This document shows, piece by piece, positions 17,472 to 27,359 of a DNA stretch of 64,000 nt. Each line of letters opens with the position of its first letter. The first letter of the stretch is position 1. The stretch comes from an uncultured Pseudomonadota bacterium (GTDB lineage Bacteria; Myxococcota_A; Polyangia; Fen-1088): positions 32,001-96,000 of the forward strand of contig CAWKBC010000035.1 of NCBI GenBank assembly GCA_963847705.1, written 5' to 3'. Below the pieces are notes generated by a model, which saw only the letters and a list, made by a program, of their open reading frames with translations, had not been told where the DNA came from and searched no databases. The position numbers and the translations under genes are program-made.

Positions 17472-18377
17472 GTGACGTCGACCAGACCGTCCCGGCTGAA
17501 GGCAGCCCTGAAGGTGATCCGGCTGCACCAGTGGTCGAAGAACGCGCTGGTCGTGGTGCCCTTGCTCCTGGCGCCGCACGGCCTGTCGTCGATCCAGGTG
17601 GCGCACGCGGCGCTGGCGGCGCTGGCGCTCAGCCTGTGCGCCTCCGCCGGCTACGTCTTCAACGACCTCATGGACGTGGCGGCCGATCGCGCCCATCCCA
17701 CCAAGAACCGGCGGCCGTTCGCCTCCGGCGCGCTCCCGACCAGCTATGGTCCGCCGCTCATCCTCGGGCTCCTGGCGGTCAGCGTGGCCATCTCGCTTTA
17801 TGCCCTGCCGAAGTCGTTCTTCGCGATGCTGGTGCTCTACTTCGCTATCACGCTCAGCTACTCGTTCTACCTGAAGAGCCTGCTGCTGATCGACGTCATC
17901 GTCCTGGCCTGGCTCTACACCCAGCGCGTGCTGGCGGGGGGATTCGCCACCGGCGTCTCCATCAGCGCCTGGTTGCTGGCCTTCTCGATGTTCATCTTCC
18001 TGAGCCTGGCTTTTGCGAAACGCCACATCGAGCTGCGCCACGCCCTCGATGAGTCCGGGAAGCTGCGCAGCCGCGGCTACTACGCGCAAGATCTGAGCAT
18101 GGTCGTTTCGATGGGAACCACCGCCGGCTACCTGGCCGTGCTGGTGTTCTGCCTCTACATCGAGAGCAGCGCGGGGAACGTCATCTATTCACAGCCGAGG
18201 ATCCTCTGGCTGATCAGTCCGGTGTTGCTCTACTGGATCAGCCGCGTCTGGTTCCTGACCCATCGCGGGGAGATGCACGACGACCCCGTGAAGTTCGCTC
18301 TCACCGACCGCCGGAGCTGGCTCTGCGCGCTGGCCGTGGGCGCCATCGCGATCGCCGCCCGCTTCTGGCCGGCGTAG
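17472..18377 (+). CDS. UbiA-family prenyltransferase / polyprenyl-phosphate phosphoribosyltransferase
   Basis: RLHQWSKN, YVFNDLMD..ADRAHPTK.RRPFASG, DDPV. Confidence 0.88.
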   Translation: MTSTRPSRLKAALKVIRLHQWSKNALVVVPLLLAPHGLSSIQVAHAALAALALSLCASAGYVFNDLMDVAADRAHPTKNRRPFASGALPTSYGPPLILGLLAVSVAISLYALPKSFFAMLVLYFAITLSYSFYLKSLLLIDVIVLAWLYTQRVLAGGFATGVSISAWLLAFSMFIFLSLAFAKRHIELRHALDESGKLRSRGYYAQDLSMVVSMGTTAGYLAVLVFCLYIESSAGNVIYSQPRILWLISPVLLYWISRVWFLTHRGEMHDDPVKFALTDRRSWLCALAVGAIAIAARFWPA

Positions 18378-18381
18378 AGTG

Positions 18382-18490
18382 TGGGACCCTGGGAGGGTCC
18401 CACGCCCCCCGCGATGGCTCGCGCGAGCAAAGCTCGCGGTCCCCCTGCGCGATCAGCTCGGGTCCCTCCGAGGGTCCCGCGCCCCCCGCG
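18382..18490. repeat. REP-like palindromic element (two units) between convergent genes
   Basis: GGGACCC-N5-GGGTCCC-ACGCCCCCCGCG and GGGTCCCTCCGAGGGTCCCGCGCCCCCCGCG; similar to 59380-59412. Confidence 0.65.
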
Positions 18491-18491
18491 C

Positions 18492-20045
18492 TCAGGAGGT
18501 CGCGGCGCCGCGGAGCTTTCGCAATCCGGCGCGCCCCTTCATCACCAGGATGCGGGCGTCCGGGTCGATGAGAGCGATCAGCACGAGATAGACCGGGGGA
18601 CCGACCAGCGCGCGGACGACGACCGTCAGCAGGTGGCGGTCCGGACAGAGATAGGCGAGCGCCGCGTACATCGCGCTGGCGGCGAGCGACGCGCGCGCCA
18701 TCGTCGACCAGGGGAGCGTCACCGGCAGAAAGCGGCGGGCGGTGAACGCGAGCGCGCAGGAGGAGACCGCGTAGCTCACCAGCGTGGCGATGGCCGCGCC
18801 CATGATCCCGATGCGCGGCACCAGAATGAGGTTGAGGATCAGGTTGAGAAGGGCCGAGCTGAACACCACCGCCCCGATGTGCTTCGTCTTCCGGTGAATG
18901 AACAGCCCCGCGGCCACCATGGCGTTGGCCCCTTCGAGCACCATCCCGGCGATGACCCAGGGGAGGATGGCCGCCGCGCTGGCATATCGTTCGGAGGCCA
19001 GCGAGGGGAGCAGCTGCGGTCCCACCGAGGCGAGGCCGGCGATCACAGGGGCCCCGAAGAGGACGTAGGTCCGCAACGAGCGGCCGACGAACGCCGCTGT
19101 CTCCTCGGGTCCTTTCTGATCCCACATCTGGATGTAAAGCGGCATGACCGCCTGACCGACAGAGGCCACGAAGGTGGATTGCACGTAGGTGCAGAGGTTG
19201 TAGGCGGCCGAATAGAGGCCCAGGGCCGTGGCCCCGATCGCCCCGTGAATGACGTACCGGTCACCGACGGCCAGGATGATCCCCGACATCTCATACCCGA
19301 TCATCATCGGGATCCCGAACCCCAGCAGCTCATAATAGAGCGGCCGGGAGAAATCGCCGCGGTCGATGCGAATGCCGCCCTCGCGGCGGAAGAACACCGT
19401 CGCGAGGACGACGATCGCCAGCGCCTCCGTGGCCACCGTCGCCCAGTAGAACGCCATCAGGCTCCTGGAGATCACGAACAGCGTCAGCAGGACCAGGGTG
19501 AGGCCCAGGTACCTCTTGCCGACCTGGTACTTCATGAGCACCGTGGTCTCCTGGTCGGCGCGCAGAAAATTGAAGAGCACGCTCTCGAAGACCTGAATCA
19601 CGATGACCAGCGCACCGACAGCGAACAGCCCTTTGAGACGCGGATCGCCCAGCCAACGGCCCGGAAGCAGCACGATCGCGACGATCAAGCTGAACGTGAC
19701 GGCGAGCCCGCTGGCGGTCATCCCGAAGAAGGTCGTCGAATAGAGCTGCGCGGTGCTGAACCGCCCCTTGCCGGCGGTGATCTCGGAGCGGTACCGAATG
19801 ATCGAGTGCTGAACACCGAACTTTCCCAGCGCCACCGAGACCGTCAGCGTCGCGGAGATCAGGTTCATCACGCCGTAGTCGGCCACGGTGAAGATCCGCG
19901 TCATGAGCGGAAAGGTGATGAGCCCCGCCGCCGTCGTCAGCAGGTTCGCCACGGAGTAGTGGGACGCCTGAACGAACAGGCGTCTGATGGGAGACTGCGC
20001 CGCTTTCACGGCGGTCACTGGTGGCCAAGTTGGAGGGTCGGCCAT
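18492..20045 (-). CDS. Oligosaccharide flippase (Wzx/MOP family)
   Basis: Many TM segments, FTVADYG, DRYVI, LGLYSAAY, LVPRIGIMGAAIAT; start approximate. Confidence 0.85.
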   Translation of the reverse strand: MADPPTWPPVTAVKAAQSPIRRLFVQASHYSVANLLTTAAGLITFPLMTRIFTVADYGVMNLISATLTVSVALGKFGVQHSIIRYRSEITAGKGRFSTAQLYSTTFFGMTASGLAVTFSLIVAIVLLPGRWLGDPRLKGLFAVGALVIVIQVFESVLFNFLRADQETTVLMKYQVGKRYLGLTLVLLTLFVISRSLMAFYWATVATEALAIVVLATVFFRREGGIRIDRGDFSRPLYYELLGFGIPMMIGYEMSGIILAVGDRYVIHGAIGATALGLYSAAYNLCTYVQSTFVASVGQAVMPLYIQMWDQKGPEETAAFVGRSLRTYVLFGAPVIAGLASVGPQLLPSLASERYASAAAILPWVIAGMVLEGANAMVAAGLFIHRKTKHIGAVVFSSALLNLILNLILVPRIGIMGAAIATLVSYAVSSCALAFTARRFLPVTLPWSTMARASLAASAMYAALAYLCPDRHLLTVVVRALVGPPVYLVLIALIDPDARILVMKGRAGLRKLRGAATS

Positions 20046-20182
20046 CCCCACGGATCGATCATGGGAATGACGACGCTGGAGAGCGGCGCACGCACGTGGC
20101 CAGGGCACAATAGCAGACAAACGGGCGGCTCCCGCCGAACCTGAGGCGTGGGCGCTGAGCTTCTCGTCCTTATCTTTGCCGC

Positions 20183-21328
20183 ATGCCCGTCGTGAATCCG
20201 GCCGGAATGAGCAACAAGCCCGCCGAGCGCCCCGGCGGGCCTCCGGCGGCCCTGGAGAGCCTGGCACCCGTGTCCGGTGGCCGGGGCCGGTTCGCGGCGC
20301 TGGCCAGATCGATCGTCGACCTGGCGGCCGTGGCCTATCTGCTCGCGCTGCTGACGGTGGTGGCCGCGCTTCGGCTGATCGGAGAGCGCTGGTGGGTCAC
20401 GACGATTGCCCTCTACCTCCCCCGGATCGGCTTCGCGCTGCCGCTGCCGCTCTTGCTCGTGGCGCTCTCGCTCGCGCGCTCCTACCGGCTGCTGGCCACC
20501 CAGCTCGTGGCGGCGTTCGTCCTTCTCTTTCCGCTGATGGGCCTGCACCTGGGCGGGGCGCCCGCCCACACGCCCGGGGCGTTGCGTTTTCGCCTGTTCA
20601 CCCTGAACACCGGTCTGGGAAAGAACGGCACCGGTGAGATCCTCGATCGCATTCAGGGCGCCAACCCCGACCTGATCGCGCTCGAGGAGGTGGCCGACGA
20701 CGAGGTGGAGGCACTCCGCCTGGGCTTGCCAGGCTATGCCTTCCGGCACCTCGACCAGTTCGTGGTCGCCAGCCGATTTCCCATCGAGGAGGAGGCGGTG
20801 CCCCCGCCGATCCGGAGCGATGGCCGGACAGAGTCGGCCCAGTACACGTCCTGGCGGCTGATCACACCTGCCGGACCGATCCGCCTCTTCGCGGTCCATC
20901 CCGTCTCGCCCCACGACGCCTTCAATCAGCTGCGCGGCCGAGGGCTCCGATACGAGCTCCTGGGCGGCGGGATCCTCGGGTCTGCCTCCGCCCGGGCGAT
21001 GGAGGCGAACACCGAGGAGCGGCTCGAGCAGGTCCGGGCGCTGGCGGCCGCCGCCGCGACGCCCGCCGAGCCCGTGATCATCGCCGGTGACACCAACCTG
21101 CCCGGTCTGAGCTGGGCCTTCTCGCACTGGTTGGGCGGGTTCAGCGACGGCTTCGCCGAGGTGGGACGCGGATTCGGCTACAGCTACCCGGCGCAGAGAA
21201 TGGCCTGGATGCGCATCGACCGCATCCTGGCCGGGCCGCGCTTCCGCTTCCTCCACGTCGCGCCGATCTCGCCCCGCGTCTCCGATCACCTGGCGGTCGC
21301 CGCCGACCTCGAGCTCTTGCCGGACTAA
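20183..21328 (+). CDS. Membrane-anchored endonuclease/exonuclease/phosphatase family protein
   Basis: N-terminal TMs, TLN, IALEE, AGDTN, RIDRI, SDH. Confidence 0.85.
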   Translation: MPVVNPAGMSNKPAERPGGPPAALESLAPVSGGRGRFAALARSIVDLAAVAYLLALLTVVAALRLIGERWWVTTIALYLPRIGFALPLPLLLVALSLARSYRLLATQLVAAFVLLFPLMGLHLGGAPAHTPGALRFRLFTLNTGLGKNGTGEILDRIQGANPDLIALEEVADDEVEALRLGLPGYAFRHLDQFVVASRFPIEEEAVPPPIRSDGRTESAQYTSWRLITPAGPIRLFAVHPVSPHDAFNQLRGRGLRYELLGGGILGSASARAMEANTEERLEQVRALAAAAATPAEPVIIAGDTNLPGLSWAFSHWLGGFSDGFAEVGRGFGYSYPAQRMAWMRIDRILAGPRFRFLHVAPISPRVSDHLAVAADLELLPD

Positions 21329-22149
21329 GCCAGCTCGAAGCGGAGCAGGACGTTGCCGATTCGCATGACGTCGCCTGGAACGAGGAGGTGATCGTCGCGC
21401 AACCGCACGAACGTTCCGTTCGAGCTCCCCAGGTCTTCCAGCCGCACGTCGGAGCCCTGCAGCGAGAGGTGGGCGTGCCTGCGCGACATGAACTGGTCGT
21501 CGGAGAAAACGATGTCCCCCTGTTCACGCCCGATCACCACCCGATCGCGGCTGAGATGGAACACGTCGTGGGCCACGCCGGTGGGCCCAACCTGCCGCAG
21601 CCGCGCCCAGGAAGGGCGGCAGTTCGTTCCGAACTGTACGACGTTGTGTTGAACCGCGGGGCGAAGGTCCTTCTCGAAGTCGGGAATCAGCTGGAACTCC
21701 AGCACCTGCCGGCCGACCAGGATCAGATCGCCGTCTCGCAGCAGTGCGCCGGCACGCAGTCGGATGTAGATGCCGTTCTTGCTTTGCAGGTCGCTCAGCA
21801 CCTGGCCCGTCGGGGCCGACACGATGCGCGCATGCCGCGGCGACAGATAGGCATCCTCGAACAGGAGGTCGCCCTCGGTTCGCCCGATGTCGATCTGATT
21901 GCCGCGCAGGACGTAGCTGGCGCCGTCCGTGCCGTCGTGGTGCACGAAGATCAGGCGAAAGCCGCCCGGTGCCAGCGGCCGTTCGGCCATCCGGTGCGCC
22001 GCCAGGTGGTCCAACGCCGCGCGCAGCCTGGCCGCGCTGGCGTCCCCGTTCTGATCACGCCGCGGAGCGCCGGTGGCCAGGCGCGTCCCGCAAGCGAGGC
22101 AAAAGGACGCCTCCTCGGGGTTTTGCGTTCCGCACTGGCCACAGATCAT
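21325..22149 (-). CDS. Zinc-ribbon plus two FHA domains
   Basis: CxxC...CxxC; IGR...SPRH...SKNG and IGR...SRRH...SSNGT. Confidence 0.88.
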   Translation of the reverse strand: MICGQCGTQNPEEASFCLACGTRLATGAPRRDQNGDASAARLRAALDHLAAHRMAERPLAPGGFRLIFVHHDGTDGASYVLRGNQIDIGRTEGDLLFEDAYLSPRHARIVSAPTGQVLSDLQSKNGIYIRLRAGALLRDGDLILVGRQVLEFQLIPDFEKDLRPAVQHNVVQFGTNCRPSWARLRQVGPTGVAHDVFHLSRDRVVIGREQGDIVFSDDQFMSRRHAHLSLQGSDVRLEDLGSSNGTFVRLRDDHLLVPGDVMRIGNVLLRFELA

Positions 22150-22232
22150 CGCGCAATCCGTATGTAACCGCGACGATGTGGTCGGTCAAATGCCGGCCGC
22201 GCCGTCGTCTCTGGTAGTTTCGCGCCGAAGAC

Positions 22233-23393
22233 ATGATCCCGGTCGGTTCAAACGAGCGGCTGGCGCTGTTTCTTCCCACCCTCGACGACGGCGGAGCGGA
22301 ACGGGTGATGTTGCAGCTCGCGGCCTCCTTCTCGGCGCGCGGTCGCGCGGTCGACCTGGTGGTCGCCGTCCCGGGAGGCCCGCTCGAGGCGCAGGTTCCG
22401 CCGGGACCCCGTGTCGTGAGCCTGGGCGCGTCCCGCACCGTCCTGGCTCTCCCGGCGCTGATTCGTTACCTGCGGGGGGAGCGTCCGGCGGCGCTCCTGT
22501 CGACGCTCGAGCACGCCAACGTCCTCGCCGTCGGCGCCGGCGCGCTCGCTGGCGCCGGGGTTCCGATCGTCCTGCGGGAGGCCAACGTGCTGTTGCCGCG
22601 CGCCAGGCTCGGGCGGCAGGCGCGCCTGCTGCGTGGCCTCATGCGGCGGGCGTACCGAATGGCGGACCGAATCGTCGCGGTCTCGAGAAGCGTCGCCACC
22701 AGCTTGACCGCGGAGCTCGAGCTCGACGCGGGGCGCATCCGCACCATCTACAACCCCATCGTGACCGCCGTGCTGCACGAGAAGGCGAAGGCGCCCCTCG
22801 ACGATCCCTGGTTCGCGCCCGGTGCCCCCCCCGTCGTGCTCGGCGTCGGGCGGTTGGCTCCCCAGAAGGACTTCTCGACGCTGATCCGTGCCTTCGCCCA
22901 GCTCCGCGCCGGACGCCGGGCGCGACTGGTGATTCTGGGCGAGGGCCCCCAGCGCCGCCCCCTCGAAGAGCTGACCCGCCAGCTCGGCGTCGCCGCCGAC
23001 GTCAAGCTCCCCGGCCACGACCACAACCCATTTCGTTACATGGCGCGCGCGTCGGTCTTCGCGCTGTCGTCCCTCTACGAGGGTCTCCCCGGCGCGCTGA
23101 TCCAGGCGATGGCTTGCGGCTGCCGTGTCATCAGCACCGATGGCCCCGGCGGCGCGCGCGAGGTCCTCGAGGATGGCGAGAGTGGCGGCGACGGCAGGCG
23201 TGGCGAGAACAGAACGGCCGGTCCGCTGGTCCCGCCGGGTGATCCCGCCGCGCTGGCGCGCGGCCTCTCCGCCTTGCTCGACGACGCAGGCACCGGTCCG
23301 GCGCGCGTCCCTCATCGGGTGGACCGCTTCTCGGAGAGGGCCGCCGTCGACGCCTATCTCGACGTCCTCGGCGCCGACCGCGGCTCCTCCTGA
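22233..23393 (+). CDS. GT4 glycosyltransferase
   Basis: GGAER, GRLAPQKD, EGLPGALIQAMA. Confidence 0.88.
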   Translation: MIPVGSNERLALFLPTLDDGGAERVMLQLAASFSARGRAVDLVVAVPGGPLEAQVPPGPRVVSLGASRTVLALPALIRYLRGERPAALLSTLEHANVLAVGAGALAGAGVPIVLREANVLLPRARLGRQARLLRGLMRRAYRMADRIVAVSRSVATSLTAELELDAGRIRTIYNPIVTAVLHEKAKAPLDDPWFAPGAPPVVLGVGRLAPQKDFSTLIRAFAQLRAGRRARLVILGEGPQRRPLEELTRQLGVAADVKLPGHDHNPFRYMARASVFALSSLYEGLPGALIQAMACGCRVISTDGPGGAREVLEDGESGGDGRRGENRTAGPLVPPGDPAALARGLSALLDDAGTGPARVPHRVDRFSERAAVDAYLDVLGADRGSS

Positions 23394-23467
23394 CGAGAGG
23401 CCGGGCTCAGCCGCCGCGTCCATCGAGGGCGAGGGACCGGCGCCATCCGAATGAGGACACACCGGCG

Positions 23468-24556
23468 GTGATTACCTTTACGGACGTGGTGGTGGACGGG
23501 GCGGCAAGGCGCACGGCGCAGATGGTGGTGACGGGCGCGGCGACGGCGCTCATCATCGCCGTCGCCTTCCCGCTGTGGCGGCCGTTGCTGGTCGCCACGG
23601 TGCTGGCGGGCACACTTTCGCCCCTCTACGAATCCGCGGTGCGGCGCCTGGGCGGCCGGCGGTCCTTCGGGGCGGCGCTGTTTACGGCGGCCACTGTCAT
23701 CCTGATCCTGATTCCGGTCGCGCTGCTCGCGACCATCGCCGTCCGCGAGGCAGCGCAGGTGGTCGGGCTCGCTCGCGACATCATCGCCTCCGAGGGGATC
23801 ACGGGGCTGATCGCCAGAGCGCCCGATCCGATCGAGGGCTGGTTGCATCGCCTGGTGAAGTTGCTTCCGGGCGGGATCGATCGGGCGCAGTCGCCGTTCG
23901 CCGCCGGCGGGCGCTGGGCCCTGGGGGCGCTGTCGGGGGCGCTGGCGGTGCTGGCCCTGTTCGGCCTCCGGTTCTTGCTGATGTTGATCGCGCTCTTCTT
24001 CCTGTTGCGTGACGGCCCCGCGCTCGTCGACTGGTTCATCGGCGCGACACCGCTCGCACCCGAGCGCGTGCGCGCGATGATGCGGGAGTTTCGGGTCGTC
24101 GCCCGCTCCGTGGTGGGCGCCAACTTCATCACCGCGGCGGCGCAGGCCGCCGTCGCCACGATCGGATTCGCCATCGGCCGCGCTCCCAGCCCGATCTTCT
24201 TCGGGCTGCTCTGCCTCTTCTCGTCGCTGATTCCCTCGGTGGGGACCACGCTGGTGACGCTCCCCGTGGCCGGGCTGGTGCTGCTGCTCGGTCACCCCTG
24301 GTCGGCTCTCTTCCTGGCGGTGTGGGGGGCGGTGGTCGTTGGCCTGATCGACAACCTCCTGCGGCCGATGCTCATCCGAGGCGAGGACCAGCACAGCGCG
24401 CTGGTCTTCTTCTCTCTCATCGGCGCCATCAGCGCCTTCGGCGCCGCAGGCCTGTTCCTCGGACCGCTGGCGCTGGCCTTCTTTCTGGCCGTCGTTCGCA
24501 CCAGGCGGCGGGAGCGGGAGACGCCTGCCTCGGGGGGGCTGCGGCTGGACGGCTAG
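23468..24556 (+). CDS. AI-2E family transporter
   Basis: FFLLRDG, IPSVG, DNLLRP, GLFLGP. Confidence 0.88.
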   Translation: MITFTDVVVDGAARRTAQMVVTGAATALIIAVAFPLWRPLLVATVLAGTLSPLYESAVRRLGGRRSFGAALFTAATVILILIPVALLATIAVREAAQVVGLARDIIASEGITGLIARAPDPIEGWLHRLVKLLPGGIDRAQSPFAAGGRWALGALSGALAVLALFGLRFLLMLIALFFLLRDGPALVDWFIGATPLAPERVRAMMREFRVVARSVVGANFITAAAQAAVATIGFAIGRAPSPIFFGLLCLFSSLIPSVGTTLVTLPVAGLVLLLGHPWSALFLAVWGAVVVGLIDNLLRPMLIRGEDQHSALVFFSLIGAISAFGAAGLFLGPLALAFFLAVVRTRRRERETPASGGLRLDG

Positions 24557-24557
24557 G

Positions 24558-25187
24558 TCAGCTGCCGGCGCCCTTGCGCAAGTCCACGGCCACCGGCTCG
24601 GCGTAGGTGAGCACCACCGTGTCGCCGGGGGCGAGCGACCGCAGCTGCCGGCGCCCCGCCGGATCGCGCACCAGCAGGGTCTGCGGCAGCCCGTCCGGGG
24701 TGATGATCTGAAGCGCCCCTCCGTTCTTGTCGACCGCCGTCACGCGCGCCGCCGTGGTGATCGGCGGCGCGCCCACGGCGCCAAGGGCTGGAGCGCTGGC
24801 CCGGGTGGGCGTCTCTGGCGCTTCATCGGCGGGAGCATTGGTGGGACCAAAAGAAAGAACGGTTGACGGGTAATAGTCGAGCTCGACCTGATCGCCCTTC
24901 TCGAGCTTGTCGAACCCCTCGACGGTCGGGGCGACCCTGACCGTCATTTGAGAACCGTCCTGGCCTTGCACGACCATCGATCGATTCGACCGGTCAATCC
25001 TTTCGACCGAGAAGGAAGCCGTGGTGGCCTCGCTCGCCGACGGTCCGTCGACCGACGACGGTTGTAGCGTTGCGGTCGCCGCACTGTCAGCGCCGGTGTA
25101 GGCATCGGCCGCGACCGGAAAACCGATCCCCAAACTCAACAGCGCCGCCATCACACCGGCTCCGCTCATGTGAGCCTCCGTTGTCAA
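24558..25187 (-). CDS. Exported hypothetical protein with two OB-like repeats
   Basis: Signal-like N-terminus; repeated LxxGDxV segments. Confidence 0.6.
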   Translation of the reverse strand: MTTEAHMSGAGVMAALLSLGIGFPVAADAYTGADSAATATLQPSSVDGPSASEATTASFSVERIDRSNRSMVVQGQDGSQMTVRVAPTVEGFDKLEKGDQVELDYYPSTVLSFGPTNAPADEAPETPTRASAPALGAVGAPPITTAARVTAVDKNGGALQIITPDGLPQTLLVRDPAGRRQLRSLAPGDTVVLTYAEPVAVDLRKGAGS

Positions 25188-25269
25188 TATGCTGGCCGGA
25201 TGGTTTTCGGCAAGCAGAGGCGCGTGGTCGTCGTCACGACGGCGCGGCGGCGGATCGACCGCTCACGGA

Positions 25270-27105
25270 TCAGTGGAAGGCGGCGGCGCCGTGGCCGAGC
25301 ATCGGCTCGTCCAGCGAGCGCTTTTGCGACGCGCTCTCGATGATGCGCGCGGTGAGGATCAGCGCCAGGTGCGAGAACGCCTGGGGGAAGTTGCTGATCA
25401 GGCGCTGCAGCTTGGGGTCGTACTCCTCGGAGAGCAGCCCCAGGTGGTTGCGCAGGGAAAGCAGGCGCTCGAACAGCTCCTCGGCCTCGGCGATCCGCCC
25501 GGCGAAGGCGTAGTTGTCGGCGAGCCAGAAGCTGCAGGCCAGAAAGGCCCCCTCCGTCCCCGGCAGCCCGTCGGTTCCGTGCTCGGTCCCGTAGCGGAGC
25601 ACGAACCCGTCCCGGAGCAGCTCCTTCTCGATGGCGGCCACGGTCCCTCGCATGCGGGGATCGGTGCCGGGGAGAAACCCGTAGTGCGGAATCACCAGCA
25701 CGCTGGCGTCGAGCGCCTCCGCGCCATACGACTGGGTGAAGGCGCCGACGCGCGGGTTGAAGCCACGCTCGCAGACCTCGGCGTGGATCCGCTCCCGCAG
25801 CGCGCTCAGGTGAGCCAGCATCTTCTTGCCCTCGTCGCCGCCCAGCCCGAACTCGGCGATGGCCTTGACCAGGCGATCGAAGGCGACCCAGGCCATGACC
25901 TTGGAGTGCGTGAAGTGCCGGCGCCCGCCGCGCACCTCCCAGATGCCATCGTCGGGTTTCTGCCAGGCCTCCTCGAGGAAGGCGATCAGGTCCTTGGTGG
26001 CGCGCCACCCCGCCTCGGTCCCCTTCATTCCCATCCGGTACGCCGCGTAGATGGAGGCCATGACCTCGCCATAGACGTCGAGCTGGAACTGGCCCGAGGC
26101 CGCGTTGCCCACGCGGACCGGCTTCGAGCCCTCATACCCGGGCAACCAATCGAGCTCGAACTCGGTGAGGCGCCGCGCGCCGGAGATGCTGTACATGATC
26201 TGCAGGTCGGCCGGATCGCCCGCCACGGCGCGCAGCAGCCAGTCGCGGAAGGCCCGCGCCTCGTCGAGGTAGCCGCCGATCAAGAAGGCGTCGAGCGTGA
26301 GGCTGGCGTCGCGCAACCAGCAGAAGCGATAGTCCCAGTTGCGGACGCCGCCGATCGACTCCGGCAGCGAGCTGGTCGGCGCCGCCACGATCCCACCCGT
26401 GGGCGCGAAGGTCATCGCCTTGAGCGTGATCAGCGACCGCAGCACGGCATCGCGCCAGCGCCCTTCGTAGGTGCAGCGTGCCGCCCAGGTCTGCCAGTAC
26501 GACTCCGTGGCCGCCAGCGCCTTGTCGACGTCGAGACCTTGCGGGGGGCCCTCGTGCGAAGGGAACCAGGTCAGCTGCAGCGGGATGCGGTCCCCCTTCT
26601 TGACGTTCAGATAGGCTGACACGCGTTTGCCCTCGAACTGAAGGGGCGCCGGGCCCCGCAAGACCAGGGCGTCCGGCCCCGCCATGAAGCAGGTGCCCCC
26701 GTCGGGCGTCTTGTCGATGAGGGGCGCGTCGGCGCCGAACCCGAAGCGGACGTTCAGCAGCATCTCGATCGGCACCTCGCCCTCGAGCCCTTCGATGATC
26801 CGGACGACATCACACCGGCCGGTCCCCGTCGGCATGAAATCGATGAGGCGGGCCGCGCCGCCGTCGCAGGCGAACTCGGTCTCCAGGATCAGCGTCTCGT
26901 CCCGGTACCGCTGGCGCGTCTCGCGGATGCGCACCGTGGGCCGGATACCCCAGCGGCCGTGCTCGTCGTACCCGACGAGCGCCGTGAAGCAGGCGTCCGA
27001 GTCGAAGCGCGGCGCGCACAGCCAGTCGATCGACCCGCTGCGCGAGACCAGCGCGGTGGTGAGGGTGTTCCCGATCAACCCGTAGTCCTCGATTTTTGAT
27101 GCCAC
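25270..27105 (-). CDS. Glycoside hydrolase family 15 (trehalase/glucoamylase-like)
   Basis: IEDYGLIG, NWDYRFCWLRD, QLDVYGE, GIWE, NFPQAFSH; GTG start after AAGGAGG. Confidence 0.92.
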   Translation of the reverse strand: MASKIEDYGLIGNTLTTALVSRSGSIDWLCAPRFDSDACFTALVGYDEHGRWGIRPTVRIRETRQRYRDETLILETEFACDGGAARLIDFMPTGTGRCDVVRIIEGLEGEVPIEMLLNVRFGFGADAPLIDKTPDGGTCFMAGPDALVLRGPAPLQFEGKRVSAYLNVKKGDRIPLQLTWFPSHEGPPQGLDVDKALAATESYWQTWAARCTYEGRWRDAVLRSLITLKAMTFAPTGGIVAAPTSSLPESIGGVRNWDYRFCWLRDASLTLDAFLIGGYLDEARAFRDWLLRAVAGDPADLQIMYSISGARRLTEFELDWLPGYEGSKPVRVGNAASGQFQLDVYGEVMASIYAAYRMGMKGTEAGWRATKDLIAFLEEAWQKPDDGIWEVRGGRRHFTHSKVMAWVAFDRLVKAIAEFGLGGDEGKKMLAHLSALRERIHAEVCERGFNPRVGAFTQSYGAEALDASVLVIPHYGFLPGTDPRMRGTVAAIEKELLRDGFVLRYGTEHGTDGLPGTEGAFLACSFWLADNYAFAGRIAEAEELFERLLSLRNHLGLLSEEYDPKLQRLISNFPQAFSHLALILTARIIESASQKRSLDEPMLGHGAAAFH

Positions 27106-27359
27106 GTTCCCCTCCTTGCAGCCTCCGGAGAGCTGCGAAAACGAAGCGCGAGCGGACGAATCACACGCTCGTGCACCGGCAACCAATCAAGAACCTAAGT
27201 CACACGGAGGGGCGGGCAATCGATTCGACCGCTGCCTGAGTCAAGCTGGGCCGCCGGTTCGTTGCGCCGAATCAGCGCTTCCGTGGCGATCGTAAGCCGC
27301 TCGCTCAACTCGCGCGCTGCCCCGCTGCTGGGCGCGACGGCGGCCTCATATTTCCGTTC